A DNA stretch of 64,000 nucleotides from contig CAYNSX010000008.1 in NCBI GenBank assembly GCA_964400165.1, positions 91-64,090 on the forward strand, read 5' to 3'. Shown here piece by piece: positions 37,961-48,066 of this stretch. Source of the DNA: an uncultured bacterium. Its GTDB lineage: Bacteria > Armatimonadota > Hebobacteria > CAYNSX01. The position numbers and the translations under genes are program-made. Numbering within the stretch: position 1 is the first letter of the stretch; every line of letters starts with the position of its first letter. Below the pieces are notes generated by a model that was not told the DNA's origin, searched no databases, and saw nothing but the letters and a program-made list of their open reading frames with translations.

Positions 37961-39492
37961 TGCCTTATGCCCGTCATCACCATCGCCAGGCCGCGCTCAT
38001 CGGCGGCGGCGACGATGTCGTCGTCCGACTTCGAGCCGCCCGGCTGCAGGATGGCTGTCACGCCCGCGTCCGCCGCGGCATCAATCGCGTCGCGCTTCGG
38101 GAAGAACCCGTCGGAAGCGAGCGCGGCGCCGCGGGCGCGGGCGCCCGCCTTGGCGACCGCCTGCTTCACTGAATCGACACGGCTGGTCTGCCCGCCGCCG
38201 ATGCCGACCGCGTGCGTGCCCTGCGCCAGCACGATGGCGTTCGAGCGCGTGTGCTTGGCGACGCGCTCGGCGAATCGCAGGCCTTCCCCCTCGGCGGCGG
38301 TGGGCTGCTTCTTCGTCACCACCCGCGGCTCGTCGGCGACCGCAGTATCCATCTCCTGCATCAGCATCCCGCCCGCGATGCGCCGCCAGTCGTAGGTGCC
38401 CTCGGGCGGCGCTTCCAGGGAAACCGTGAGCAAGCGCAGGTTGGCGGACTGCTTCAGAGTCGCCAGCGCGCCGTCCGAAAATCCCGGCGCGGCAATGACT
38501 TCGAGAAACCCCGCGTTCGCAATCGCTGTGGCAGTGTCGTCATCCACCGGCGCATTGCAGGCCACTACGCCGCCGTAGGCCGACAGCGGGTCGCCGGCGT
38601 GCGCGGCACGGAAGGCGGCGGCGAGCGTCGCGTCGCTCGCCGCACCGCAGGGCGTGTTGTGTTTGATGATGCACGCGCCCGGCGGCGGCAGGTCGAGGAC
38701 GAGCGACAGCGCCGCGTCCAGATCGAGGTAGTTGTTGTACGACGGCGCCTTGCCGTGCAGCAGGTGTCCGTGGGCGGCGCCGCTCACCGGGCCGAGCGTG
38801 TCGAGATAGAGCGCCGCGGCCTGGTGCGGGTTTTCGCCGTAGCGCAGCGTGAACGCCAGGTCCCAGCCGCGGGTGATGCTGGGCGGGAACTTGCGCCGGT
38901 CGCCGCCGAGCATGCCGGACAGGTAGTGGGCGATGCTGGTGTCGTAGCGCGCCGTGTGCGAGAACGCGCGCAACGCCAGCCGCTCGCGCCCGGTGAGCGA
39001 GATGTCGCCGCGCTCCTGCAGTTCGGCGAGGACGCGCGGATATTCGTCCGGGTCGGTGATGACGATGACGCCGAGGAAGTTCTTCGCCGCGGCGCGAATG
39101 AGCGCCGGCCCGCCGATATCGATGAATTCGAGACACTCTTCGAGCGTGACACCGGGCCGGCGCGCCGTGTCGGCGAAGGGATACAGGTTCACCGCCACCA
39201 GGTCGATCGGCGCGATGTCGTGCTCCTGCAGCGAGGCCATGTCGTCTTGCCGGTCGCGGCGGGCGAGCAGGCCGCCGTGGATTTTCGGGTGCAGCGACTT
39301 TACCCGCCCATCGAGCAACTCCGGAAAGCCGGTGTAATCGGAGACCTCGTTGACAGGGACGCCCTCGCTCTTGATAAGCGCCGCGGTACCGCCGGTGCTC
39401 ATGAGCGTGACGCCCAGTTCGTGCAGGCCGCGGGCGAAGTCGGCGATGCCGCGCTTATCGGAGACGCTCAACAGCGCGCGGCGGACAATCAT
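37948..39492 (-). CDS. purH: Bifunctional AICAR transformylase / IMP cyclohydrolase
   Basis: MIVRRALLSVSDKRGIADFARGL N-terminus (MGS-like) and AICARFT domain. Confidence 0.95.
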   Translation of the reverse strand: MIVRRALLSVSDKRGIADFARGLHELGVTLMSTGGTAALIKSEGVPVNEVSDYTGFPELLDGRVKSLHPKIHGGLLARRDRQDDMASLQEHDIAPIDLVAVNLYPFADTARRPGVTLEECLEFIDIGGPALIRAAAKNFLGVIVITDPDEYPRVLAELQERGDISLTGRERLALRAFSHTARYDTSIAHYLSGMLGGDRRKFPPSITRGWDLAFTLRYGENPHQAAALYLDTLGPVSGAAHGHLLHGKAPSYNNYLDLDAALSLVLDLPPPGACIIKHNTPCGAASDATLAAAFRAAHAGDPLSAYGGVVACNAPVDDDTATAIANAGFLEVIAAPGFSDGALATLKQSANLRLLTVSLEAPPEGTYDWRRIAGGMLMQEMDTAVADEPRVVTKKQPTAAEGEGLRFAERVAKHTRSNAIVLAQGTHAVGIGGGQTSRVDSVKQAVAKAGARARGAALASDGFFPKRDAIDAAADAGVTAILQPGGSKSDDDIVAAADERGLAMVMTGIRHFKH

Positions 39493-39508
39493 CGGGTCGC
39501 GCGCAGGG

Positions 39509-40636
39509 TCAGGCGTGCGCGACCGCGGGGGCCGCGTCCCACTCGCGAACGATGTTATACAGCGCGTCGCGCTGGATCGGCCGCATCCCCGCCTCGCGGA
39601 TCAGGCGCACCAGTTCGTCCACCGACAGCACCTCGGGCGTCTTGGCGCCGGCGGCGTGCGTGATGCGTTCCTCGATGACGGTGCCGTCCATATCGCTGGC
39701 GCCGTAGCGCAGGCCGGTCTGCGCCATGTGCAGCCCGAGCATAATCCAGTAACTCTTGATATGCGGGAAGTTGTCCAGCATCAGGCGGCCGACGGCGATG
39801 GTGCGCAGGTCTTCAAAGCCGGTCGTCTCCAGGCCCTCAACCTTCTTCTGCAGCGGATTGCCGTCCCGGTGATAGGCGAGCGGGATGAACGCGAAGAAGC
39901 CGCCGGTCTCGTCCTGCAGCGCCCGCAGCCGCAGCATGTGGTCCACCCGGTGCTCGGCGGTCTCGATGTGGCCGTAGAGCAGCGTGGCGTTGCTGCGCAG
40001 GCCGAGTTCGTGCGCGGTGCGGTGGATGCGCAGCCAGCGGTCGGCGTCGGCCTTCTCGGGGCAAAGTTTCTGGCGCACTTCGGGGTGGAAGACCTCCGCT
40101 CCGCCGCCCGGCAGCGAACTCAAGCCCACCTCAATCATCCGCTCCAGCACCTGGCGCTCGGTTAGCCCCGAAATGTCGGCGCACCAGGCGATTTCGACCG
40201 CGGTGTAGGCCTTCAGCGGCATCTGCGGGAAGCGCTCGTGCAAAACGCGCAGGATGTCCAGATAGTGCTCGAACTTCCAGTCCGGGTGCATCCCGCCGAC
40301 GATGTGCAGTTCGTGCGCGTCCTGCAAGACCTCGGCCTTGGCGACCACCTCGTCGAGGGTCATCTCGTAGGCGCCCTCCTGCGTGCGCGCCTCGCGGGCG
40401 AAGGCGCAGAAGGTGCAATGATAGACGCACATATTCGTCGGGTTGATCTGGCGGTTGCTGACGAAATACACCCGGTCGTCGTGCAGGCGGGTGCGCACCT
40501 GGTGCGCCAGCCAGCCGACGGCGTTGATGTACGGGGTGCGGAACAGGCGCACGCCGTCGTCGAAATCGAGGCGCTCGCCGGCGAGGACTTTGTCGCCGAT
40601 GTCGGCAATGTCGGTGTGCTGCAGGAGGTCGTACAT
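39509..40636 (-). CDS. Radical SAM enzyme of the futalosine menaquinone pathway (MqnE/MqnC family)
   Basis: CVYHCTFC radical-SAM cluster motif. ~370 aa, family-typical length. Confidence 0.8.
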   Translation of the reverse strand: MYDLLQHTDIADIGDKVLAGERLDFDDGVRLFRTPYINAVGWLAHQVRTRLHDDRVYFVSNRQINPTNMCVYHCTFCAFAREARTQEGAYEMTLDEVVAKAEVLQDAHELHIVGGMHPDWKFEHYLDILRVLHERFPQMPLKAYTAVEIAWCADISGLTERQVLERMIEVGLSSLPGGGAEVFHPEVRQKLCPEKADADRWLRIHRTAHELGLRSNATLLYGHIETAEHRVDHMLRLRALQDETGGFFAFIPLAYHRDGNPLQKKVEGLETTGFEDLRTIAVGRLMLDNFPHIKSYWIMLGLHMAQTGLRYGASDMDGTVIEERITHAAGAKTPEVLSVDELVRLIREAGMRPIQRDALYNIVREWDAAPAVAHA

Positions 40637-40764
40637 ACCCGCTGTTTCTTTCCCCGTCGTGCGGCCTGATTCCTGTTCAGTGTACGGCGCAGCCGCACGG
40701 CGGGCAAACGGGTATGGTTGTCACGAATCACTGTCCACCGGCGAATAGAGGTTGAGCGCAACAG

Positions 40765-41292
40765 ATGGCGCAGTCACGAGAGATCCCGATCAGCGCCGAA
40801 GCCCTCGCCGGGCCGCACATTGTGGCCGGTGCGATGCACGAACACCGCCCGTTGCTGGTGGCCTTTGCGGCGCGGCTGCTCGGCTCGCGCGACGACGCCG
40901 AGGATGTCGTGCAGGAGGCGCTGCTCGCCGCCCACCAGCACGCGGCGCGCTACGACGGCCGGAGCGGGCCGCGCCCGTGGCTGCTGGGCATTGTCGCCAA
41001 CCATTGCCGCTCGTGGTGGCGGACTCACCACCGACGCCTGCAACGCGAGCGACGCGCGGCAGCCCCCTCGTCGGCCCCCGACCCGGAGCCGAATGGGCTG
41101 GTGCTGGCAGCGGTGTTGGATCTGCCGTTGCGGCTGCGCGAGCCGCTGGTACTGCACTACCTCGGCGACCTCTCGTACCGGGAAGTGGGCGAAGCGCTCG
41201 GACTGTCCGAAGATGCGGCCCGGCAGCGCGTTCACCGCGCCCGCGCCCGCCTGCGCATCCTGTTGCGCGCCGAACTGAAGGAGGTCCTGTGA
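40765..41292 (+). CDS. ECF-type RNA polymerase sigma-70 factor
   Basis: Region 2 (VQEALLAAHQH) and region 4 (SYREVGEALGLSEDAARQRVHRAR). Confidence 0.85.
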   Translation: MAQSREIPISAEALAGPHIVAGAMHEHRPLLVAFAARLLGSRDDAEDVVQEALLAAHQHAARYDGRSGPRPWLLGIVANHCRSWWRTHHRRLQRERRAAAPSSAPDPEPNGLVLAAVLDLPLRLREPLVLHYLGDLSYREVGEALGLSEDAARQRVHRARARLRILLRAELKEVL

Positions 41293-42254
41293 TGCGACAC
41301 CCCGATCTGCAACTGCTGCTCGATGACCCGTCCCGCGCTGACGCTCGCGCTCATTTGGCGGAATGCGCTGCGTGCGCGCGGGAGTTCGCTACGCTCCGCC
41401 GATTGGATGACCACTTGCGCGGCGCCCTGCGTGCCGAAGCCACGCTGCCCGCGCCGGTCGCCGTCCTGCCCTGGCGCCGCCGGGCGCTGACCCGGCGCGT
41501 TCTCGCCGCGACGCCAGCGCTGGTCATTCTGGCAGTGCTGGCGGTGACGCTGCGGCCCGTCCTCTTCCCGGCCGCGCCGACTGACCCCGACGCTCTCGAC
41601 CCCGAGGTGGTGATGAAGAAAGCCGAAGGCGCGATGAAGGGGGTGAAGACCGTACGTCTCGTGACGATCGAAAGGCACATGAACGAACCGGAGCGGACGG
41701 TCGTGGAACACATCATGCTGGACACACGCCGAAGTGAAGCCACCACCACCACTGGCGACCGCACAGTGACAATCCGGAACCGGTCCGGCGCATTCACTTA
41801 CGACTACCGCGCAAACACCCTCCGAATCAACCGCGGAGACAAGAATGCCGAAGATGACAATATGGGTCGCGCGGCGTTCGATGTGGTGCCCTTCATTCGG
41901 GGCTTGCTTGCCGACGCGCGCGAACGGGGGACTGATTTGGTGGTGCTGGCGCAGTTGGTCGAGTACAAGCGGCAGGCGAACAAGAGAATCCTGCTGTCGA
42001 TCGATTTCTCCAAGTCCCGCGGTGCCTTCCAGCCGCGAACGGGCTTGTCCATCCTGCTCCACCCGGACACCTACCGTCTGGCGCCCGGCTCCCACATCGA
42101 TGTCCAGATGAACGGATGGAAGGAAAGGCGAGAGGTCCTCGATGTGGCGTACAACGAATCTTTCGATCCCCTCCTCTTCGATACGCCCATCCCAACCGGA
42201 TGGAAGGTGACCGAAGTCAACGAACCCCCGGCGCCGAACACTGACAGGCCGTAA
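41292..42254 (+). CDS. Anti-sigma factor (zf-HC2 type) with TM segment and periplasmic domain
   Basis: HLAECAACAREF zinc motif, TM ATPALVILAVLAVTL, coupled to the sigma gene. Confidence 0.7.
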   Translation: MRHPDLQLLLDDPSRADARAHLAECAACAREFATLRRLDDHLRGALRAEATLPAPVAVLPWRRRALTRRVLAATPALVILAVLAVTLRPVLFPAAPTDPDALDPEVVMKKAEGAMKGVKTVRLVTIERHMNEPERTVVEHIMLDTRRSEATTTTGDRTVTIRNRSGAFTYDYRANTLRINRGDKNAEDDNMGRAAFDVVPFIRGLLADARERGTDLVVLAQLVEYKRQANKRILLSIDFSKSRGAFQPRTGLSILLHPDTYRLAPGSHIDVQMNGWKERREVLDVAYNESFDPLLFDTPIPTGWKVTEVNEPPAPNTDRP

Positions 42255-42258
42255 TTCG

Positions 42259-43104
42259 TTACAGCAGTATGTCCGCCGCGGTGCAGAGGAAGAGCAGCGC
42301 CGAGACCAGGCCGTTGGCGGTAAAGAAGGCGGCGTTCACCCGGCTGAAGTCATTGGGCTTCACCAGCGAGTGCTCCCAGAGCAGCAGCGCCCCGGTGGCG
42401 GCGACGCCGACGGCATAGAACATCTGCAGCGACATCTGCACGCCCAGCACCAGCAGCAGCGCCACCATCCCGGCGTGGCACGCCCGCGACACCCACAGCG
42501 CCGGCCCGGCGCCCAGCCACGCCGGCAGCGACTTCAGGCCCGCTTGCCGGTCGAAGGCGATGTCCTGGCACGAGTAGATGATGTCGAAGCCGGCGGTCCA
42601 CAGCGTCACCGCCGCGGCGAGGACGACGGGCGGCCAGGCCAGGTCGCCGCGCATCGCCACCCACGCCGCCGCCGGCGCGATGCCGAGCGCGCTGCCCAGC
42701 CAGAAGTGCGACAGGACAGTGAAGCGCTTCGACAGCGAGTAGGTGAGCAACACCAACAGCACGACCGGCGACAGCCGCAGCGCCAGCGGGTTCAATTGCC
42801 AGGCCGCCAGCACCAGCAGCCCCGACCCGACTACTACGACGGCCCATAGAGCCGCCACCGACACCTTGCCGCTCGGCACCACCCAGCGCTGCGTGCGCGG
42901 GTTTTGCCGGTCGAAGGGCAGGTCGGCGATGCGGTTGAAAGCCATTGCCGCCGACCGGGCGCCGACCATCGCCACCACAATCCATCCCACCACGCGCCAC
43001 GCCGGCCAGCCGCCCGCCGCCAGCATCATCCCCATCAGCGCGAACGGCAGGGCGAACACAGTATGTTCGAATCGTATGGCCTGCGCCAGCAGGCGCAGCC
43101 GCAT
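42259..43104 (-). CDS. UbiA-family polyprenyltransferase (MqnP-like)
   Basis: Multi-TM with Asp-rich prenyl-diphosphate motifs (NRIADLPFD). Start placed at the MRLRLL ATG, immediately downstream of an AT-rich repeat. Confidence 0.85.
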   Translation of the reverse strand: MRLRLLAQAIRFEHTVFALPFALMGMMLAAGGWPAWRVVGWIVVAMVGARSAAMAFNRIADLPFDRQNPRTQRWVVPSGKVSVAALWAVVVVGSGLLVLAAWQLNPLALRLSPVVLLVLLTYSLSKRFTVLSHFWLGSALGIAPAAAWVAMRGDLAWPPVVLAAAVTLWTAGFDIIYSCQDIAFDRQAGLKSLPAWLGAGPALWVSRACHAGMVALLLVLGVQMSLQMFYAVGVAATGALLLWEHSLVKPNDFSRVNAAFFTANGLVSALLFLCTAADILL

Positions 43105-43135
43105 GAATAATGAATGATGAATAATGAATGGACTA
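43104..43135. repeat. AT-rich TGAATGA-type repeat (catgaataatgaatgatgaataatgaatgg), inverted partner of 43529-43560
   Basis: Reverse complement matches the ATTCATCATTCA tandem motif at 43529-43560. Confidence 0.55.
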
Positions 43136-43528
43136 CGCCCCACTCCCGCCGCCTTTCGCGAGTCGGCGGAGGGAGGCAATGTAGCCATTCAGTTGCCGAA
43201 TAACCGATCGCGTGCCCTCGGTCAAGCGCTCCAATTGTGCAGCCTTCTCGGGTTCGACAAGTGACATCGTGTGCAGATGATCGATGAGTTCCCACGCGGA
43301 GCCACGAGCGATGTACAAGAACTGAATCCGGTCACGATACCCAAACCGACCGAAGGCCTCCGCGATGTTGGCGGATATCGAGAATGCGGCGGAGAAAGTT
43401 TGCTCCTCGATACGACTCTTCCGCAGCCGGTTAGTCCCAAGTAATGCAACGACCTCCGACTTCAGCGTGCGCGCTTCCTTGTAGAGTGCCATGTCCAAGA
43501 GGTCGCGTGACCCTGGAGTGTCAGTCAT
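43133..43528 (-). CDS. Four-helix-bundle protein (23S rRNA intervening-sequence protein family, TIGR02436-like)
   Basis: 131 aa. The family is well known. The gene is bounded by AT-rich inverted repeats and interrupts the ubiD-ubiX-ubiA array. Confidence 0.7.
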   Translation of the reverse strand: MTDTPGSRDLLDMALYKEARTLKSEVVALLGTNRLRKSRIEEQTFSAAFSISANIAEAFGRFGYRDRIQFLYIARGSAWELIDHLHTMSLVEPEKAAQLERLTEGTRSVIRQLNGYIASLRRLAKGGGSGA

Positions 43529-43560
43529 TCATCATTCACCATTCATCATTCATCCTTTTA
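43529..43560. repeat. AT-rich TCATTCA-type repeat (tcattcatcattcaccattcatcattcatcc)
   Basis: See 43104-43135. Confidence 0.55.
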
Positions 43561-44107
43561 GGTGCGCGAGTACTCTCTCGACGACGAAGTCAACCAAATC
43601 TTCTATCCGTTCGGGCTTGTGATAAAACCCCGGCGCGGCGGGGAGGATAATGGCGCCCGCTTCGGAGAGCGTGAGCAGGTTGCGCAGGTGAATGGTGGAG
43701 AAGGGCGTCTCGCGCACGACGAGCACCAGGCGGCGGCGCTCCTTCAGCGCGACATCAGCGGCGCGGGTGATGAGGTCGTTCGAGACGCCGCCGGCGATGC
43801 GCCCTGCGGTGCCCATCGAGCATGGGCAGATGGCCATCGCCGACCAGGGCCGCGAGCCCGACGCCGCGGGCGAATCAAAATCGCTCGGCCCCCAGCCGCG
43901 CACCGTGGCAACATTCTTGCCGAGCAGCAGGTCGGCGCTCGGGCGCGCCGGGTCGATGTCGAGGCCTAGTTCCTCTTTGATGACAAGCGCCCCGTGCTTG
44001 GAGACAAGCAGGTGCACCGTTTCGAAATCGCACAGCGCCCGCTCGAGAAGTCGCACACCGTACCGCGCGCCCGAACCGCCGGTCATCGCCAGAATCAGAT
44101 CGCTCAT
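43550..44107 (-). CDS. ubiX: Flavin prenyltransferase UbiX
   Basis: MTGGSGARYGVRLL flavoprotein N-terminus. 185 aa. Confidence 0.9.
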   Translation of the reverse strand: MSDLILAMTGGSGARYGVRLLERALCDFETVHLLVSKHGALVIKEELGLDIDPARPSADLLLGKNVATVRGWGPSDFDSPAASGSRPWSAMAICPCSMGTAGRIAGGVSNDLITRAADVALKERRRLVLVVRETPFSTIHLRNLLTLSEAGAIILPAAPGFYHKPERIEDLVDFVVERVLAHLKG

Positions 44108-44152
44108 ACGAATGGGATTCGGCGGCGACGCTGGTACCGCCTTTGGCTGCGG

Positions 44153-45595
44153 CTACTTCAGGCCGAGCGACCCCCACAGCGCATCCACTTTCGCCTGCAC
44201 CGCCGGGCTCATCCGGATGTAGTGCGGCCACGGGCGGTCGAAGCCCTCGGACTTCCATTTGGCCGTCGCGTCGAAGCCGATCTTGCTCCCCAGGTCGAGC
44301 AGCGGCGCCGCGTGATTGAGCGAGTCGACCGGCCCCTTCACAATCTGCACATCGCGCGCCGGGTCGATGTGATTGCCGAGGACGAAAATGACTTCCTGCA
44401 TATCGTGCACATTCACCCAGTCGTCCACGATGATGAGCATCTTGGTGAACATCATCTGCCCCAGCCCCCACAGCGCGTGCATCACCTTGAACGCGTGCCC
44501 CGGATACTTCTTCTTGATGCTGACGACCGCCAGGTTGTTGAAGATGCCCTCGGGCGGCATGTGCATATCCACGATTTCCGGCAGCTGCATTTTCAGCATC
44601 GGCAGGAAGATGCGCACGCTGGCGTAGCCGAGCCAGTAATCTTCCTTCGGCGGCGGGCCGACGACGATGGTGTGATAGACGGGATTGCGCCGGTGCGTGA
44701 TGGTGTTGAGATGAAAAACGGGGTACTGCTCCGGCATCGAGTAGAAGCCGGTGTGGTCGCCGAACGGCCCTTCAGTCGCCAGTTCGCCCGGCTGCACGAC
44801 GCCCTCAAGCACAATCTCCGCCTCGGCGGGCACTTCCTGGTCAATCGTCTTGCACTTCACCAGTTCCACTGACTGCTTGCGCAAGAAGCCGGCGAACATC
44901 AACTCGTCCATCCAGTCGGGCAGCGGCGCCGTGCCGGCATAGAGCGTCACCGGATCGGCGCCGATGACGATGGCGACCTCCATCGGCTTGCCGAGGCGCT
45001 GGTGCGCCCGCCAGTGCTCGGCGCCGCCCTTGTGCGTCTGCCAGTGCATCAGAAGCGTGCGGCCGTCCACCACCTGCAAGCGGTAAGTGCCCACATTGCG
45101 CCGGCCGGTCTCCGGGTCTTTGGTGAAGACAAGCGGATAGGTGATGTAGCGGCCGGCGTCGTCGGGCCAGCATTGCAGAATCGGAAGCGCGCCGAGGTCG
45201 GGCTCGGCGGTCACTTCCTGGCAGGCGCCGCGCTTCACCTCCGTCGGCGCCGCCTTGCGCAGCACATCCAACTTCGGCAGTGCGCCGAGCATCTCGCGCA
45301 GGCCGCGCGGCGGCTGCAGGCGCAGCAGGTCCTCGATGTCGGCGGCGACCTCTTCGATGTCGCTGACGCCGAGCGCCATTTGCATCCGCCGCTCGGTGCC
45401 GAAGACATTGATGGCGAGTGGGATCGTCGAGCCCGTCGGTTGCTCGAAAAGCAGCGCCGGCCCATTCTTGCGCACGACACGGTCGCAGACTTCGGTGATT
45501 TCAAGCACCGGATCGACCGGCACGCGCACGCGCTGGAGTTCGCCGGCGCGCTCCAGATCAGCCAGGAATGCCTGCAGATGGGGTGCTGTGCTCAA
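44153..45595 (-). CDS. ubiD: UbiD-family (prFMN-dependent) decarboxylase
   Basis: 480 aa. Conserved UbiD core with ...HTGFYS.. Confidence 0.9.
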   Translation of the reverse strand: MSTAPHLQAFLADLERAGELQRVRVPVDPVLEITEVCDRVVRKNGPALLFEQPTGSTIPLAINVFGTERRMQMALGVSDIEEVAADIEDLLRLQPPRGLREMLGALPKLDVLRKAAPTEVKRGACQEVTAEPDLGALPILQCWPDDAGRYITYPLVFTKDPETGRRNVGTYRLQVVDGRTLLMHWQTHKGGAEHWRAHQRLGKPMEVAIVIGADPVTLYAGTAPLPDWMDELMFAGFLRKQSVELVKCKTIDQEVPAEAEIVLEGVVQPGELATEGPFGDHTGFYSMPEQYPVFHLNTITHRRNPVYHTIVVGPPPKEDYWLGYASVRIFLPMLKMQLPEIVDMHMPPEGIFNNLAVVSIKKKYPGHAFKVMHALWGLGQMMFTKMLIIVDDWVNVHDMQEVIFVLGNHIDPARDVQIVKGPVDSLNHAAPLLDLGSKIGFDATAKWKSEGFDRPWPHYIRMSPAVQAKVDALWGSLGLK

Positions 45596-46923
45596 CCGCC
45601 GAAGGGGTCCGGCTCCCAGAGTTCACCGGGCAACTTGATGTACCAGACATTCACCAGCGTGTACATGATCCAGAACAAACCCACCGCCAGAACGCCCCAG
45701 ATGAACAGGTAGGAGAGCATCGGCAGGCGCCGCAGTCCCAGCCGCGCGTGGAGATGGAAGTCCCGCGCCAGCCGCTCCAGCGAGCCGGGCAAATCGCCCG
45801 CTCGTTCGCCCGTGCGAATGACGGACAGCGTCTCGCCGTCGAAGATACCCGTCGAGGCCAGCGCGTCGCCGAGCGATGCGCCGCCTTGCAGCAACGGCAC
45901 AATCTGCTTCACCCGCGACTCGAGTGTCCGGCTGCCGCAGGCCTCTGCCGCGGCCTCGACCGCCACACTCGGCGACGCCCCGCCGCCCCAGAGCGCCGAG
46001 AGATTGCCGATGAAGCGTCCCACCGCCGCCCGCCGGAAGGCGCCGCCGACCAGCGGAAGCTTGACCAGCAGCCCGTGTTGAAACTGCTGTCCGCCGCGCG
46101 TCGCGCCGATCATCCGCCACCCGATGAGCAGCGCGATGAGACCGCCGACAATCGGCAGCGTCGTCACCAACGCGCGGCGGGCGAATGCCGTGGTCAGTGA
46201 GTTGATGATGTCGTCGAAGTTGCGCTCCGTCATGTGCAGAATGCCAACGCCGAAGACATCGTTCAGCGCCATCACCAGCGGGATCCCCAGCAGGATGCTC
46301 GGCAACCAAATGATGAATAGATGCCAGTGGCTGATGACGAACCCCCAGCGCAGTTCGATCAACTGCTCGAGGCGCTGCGCCATCTGGCCGAAGACGCCTG
46401 CCAAGTTGCCGCTCAATTCGCCGACGCGAATCAGGCCGAGGTCTTCCTGCGCGAACAGGTCGTGGAACGGCTGTGTGGCGTCGGTCAGCGTGCCGCCGGC
46501 GAAGAGTTCGCGCCCGATGCGCGCGCAGTGCTCGCGGAAGCGCGAGACGCCGCCCTGGCCCAGGTAGTCGAACGCCTCGCCGATGCTGATGCCGGCCTTT
46601 AGCTGCTGTTCCACTTGACGGAAGAGCCGCGCCTTGCGCGAGGCGTTGGGGAAGAACAACCACTCCATCATCCCCGACTCTTCGGTCCAGGGCGTGGCGG
46701 GCGGGCGGGTGGCCTTCTCCTCGAGGGGCGAACGGCGGGGCGGCACGCCGACTGCGGGCGCCGTTCGCGGCATCTCGGGTCGAGGCCTTAGTGGGGCGGA
46801 CTGCGGGCGGGGCGCCTCGGCGGCGGGGTGCAGGTCGCCCTGACACTGAAAGCAGGCCGAGCGCTTGGCGCTGTTCTCGGCCCCGCAGTGGGGGCACTGC
46901 ATCATCCGCAACATCGCCGGCAC
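45592..46923 (-). CDS. Type II secretion system F (GspF/PilC)-domain membrane protein with an N-terminal zinc ribbon
   Basis: CPHCGAENS...CFQCQG zinc ribbon followed by a T2SS-F domain and 3 TM segments. Confidence 0.7.
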   Translation of the reverse strand: MPAMLRMMQCPHCGAENSAKRSACFQCQGDLHPAAEAPRPQSAPLRPRPEMPRTAPAVGVPPRRSPLEEKATRPPATPWTEESGMMEWLFFPNASRKARLFRQVEQQLKAGISIGEAFDYLGQGGVSRFREHCARIGRELFAGGTLTDATQPFHDLFAQEDLGLIRVGELSGNLAGVFGQMAQRLEQLIELRWGFVISHWHLFIIWLPSILLGIPLVMALNDVFGVGILHMTERNFDDIINSLTTAFARRALVTTLPIVGGLIALLIGWRMIGATRGGQQFQHGLLVKLPLVGGAFRRAAVGRFIGNLSALWGGGASPSVAVEAAAEACGSRTLESRVKQIVPLLQGGASLGDALASTGIFDGETLSVIRTGERAGDLPGSLERLARDFHLHARLGLRRLPMLSYLFIWGVLAVGLFWIMYTLVNVWYIKLPGELWEPDPFGG

Positions 46924-46972
46924 CTCACCCGCCCGGAGGATACCACGGGCGTCACTCCGACTCGGACGGCGG

Positions 46973-48064
46973 CTACCGCGTCCGGAACAGCATCACCGTC
47001 CCCACCAGCGCAATCAAAATATTCGGGGCCCACGCCGCCGCCAGCGGGGGAATCACCGACCGCGCCGCCGCGACGCCGAGCAAGTGCCAGAGCACATAGT
47101 AGCCAATGATGATCGGCGCCGCGAGGCCGACCTTCAGCCACGACCCCCCCCGCGCCGGCCGGATGGCGAGCGGAATCGCAATCAGCGCGAACACCAGCGA
47201 CGCGAAGGGCACTGCTACCTTCGTGTGCAATTCCCATTCGAGCAGCCCGAACCGCGCGTCGGTCTTCGCCAGCGCGGTCAGATAATCACGCAACTCGTGC
47301 CAGCTCATGTCGTTCGCGCGCAGCGTCCGCTGCGCAATCGCGCCCGGTGGGTCGAGACCCAGGCCCGCAGCGCGGGCCGTCAGGCGCTCGAACGGCGCCC
47401 AGATGTTCGAGACGCCGCCGGCGCCGCTACGCGAGACGGCGCCGTCCGCAAGCAGCCAGTCATCCTGCTGCCAGGTGCCCGTGCGCGCGCGGATGATCAG
47501 GTCCTCGGAGCCGCCCGAATGCACAGCGTACAACCCGTCGACGCGCCCGTCCCGCGGGCTGAAATGCTCCAGGTAAATGATCCAATCGAGCGCGCCGTCA
47601 GCGCGCAACTTGGTAAAGACAAGGTGGTCGAGCGTGAGCGTGCCATCACCTTGGGCGCGGCGCATCAACTCGTGAAAGCCGCGGTTGGCGGGCGGCACGA
47701 CATACTCATTGAACAGCGCCGCCGACACCGACACCACCAGCCCCAGCAGAACCCCTGGCACGGCAGCCCGCCGGACGCCGTACCCACCCACGCGCATCGC
47801 CGTCAGTTCCTGCTCGCCCGACAGCCGCCCGAAGCCCCACAGGATCGCCGCCAGCAGCGCCATCGGGAACGAGTAGGTCACATACTGCGGCAGACTCAAC
47901 CAGAAGAAGCGAAAGGCGTCGCCCGCCGACATCCCCGTCTCCGACACCAGTTGCGTCAGCCGCGTCAGCACGAAACCGCTGGCCAGCACCGTGAGAAACA
48001 GGAACAGCCCGAAGATGAACGGCGCCAGCAATTCCTTCAGGACATAGCGCGAGAGGAGGCTCAT
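46973..48064 (-). CDS. LptF/LptG-family LPS export permease
   Basis: YjgP/YjgQ topology, N-terminus MSLLSRYVLKELLAPF. Confidence 0.85.
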   Translation of the reverse strand: MSLLSRYVLKELLAPFIFGLFLFLTVLASGFVLTRLTQLVSETGMSAGDAFRFFWLSLPQYVTYSFPMALLAAILWGFGRLSGEQELTAMRVGGYGVRRAAVPGVLLGLVVSVSAALFNEYVVPPANRGFHELMRRAQGDGTLTLDHLVFTKLRADGALDWIIYLEHFSPRDGRVDGLYAVHSGGSEDLIIRARTGTWQQDDWLLADGAVSRSGAGGVSNIWAPFERLTARAAGLGLDPPGAIAQRTLRANDMSWHELRDYLTALAKTDARFGLLEWELHTKVAVPFASLVFALIAIPLAIRPARGGSWLKVGLAAPIIIGYYVLWHLLGVAAARSVIPPLAAAWAPNILIALVGTVMLFRTR

Positions 48065-48066
48065 CG

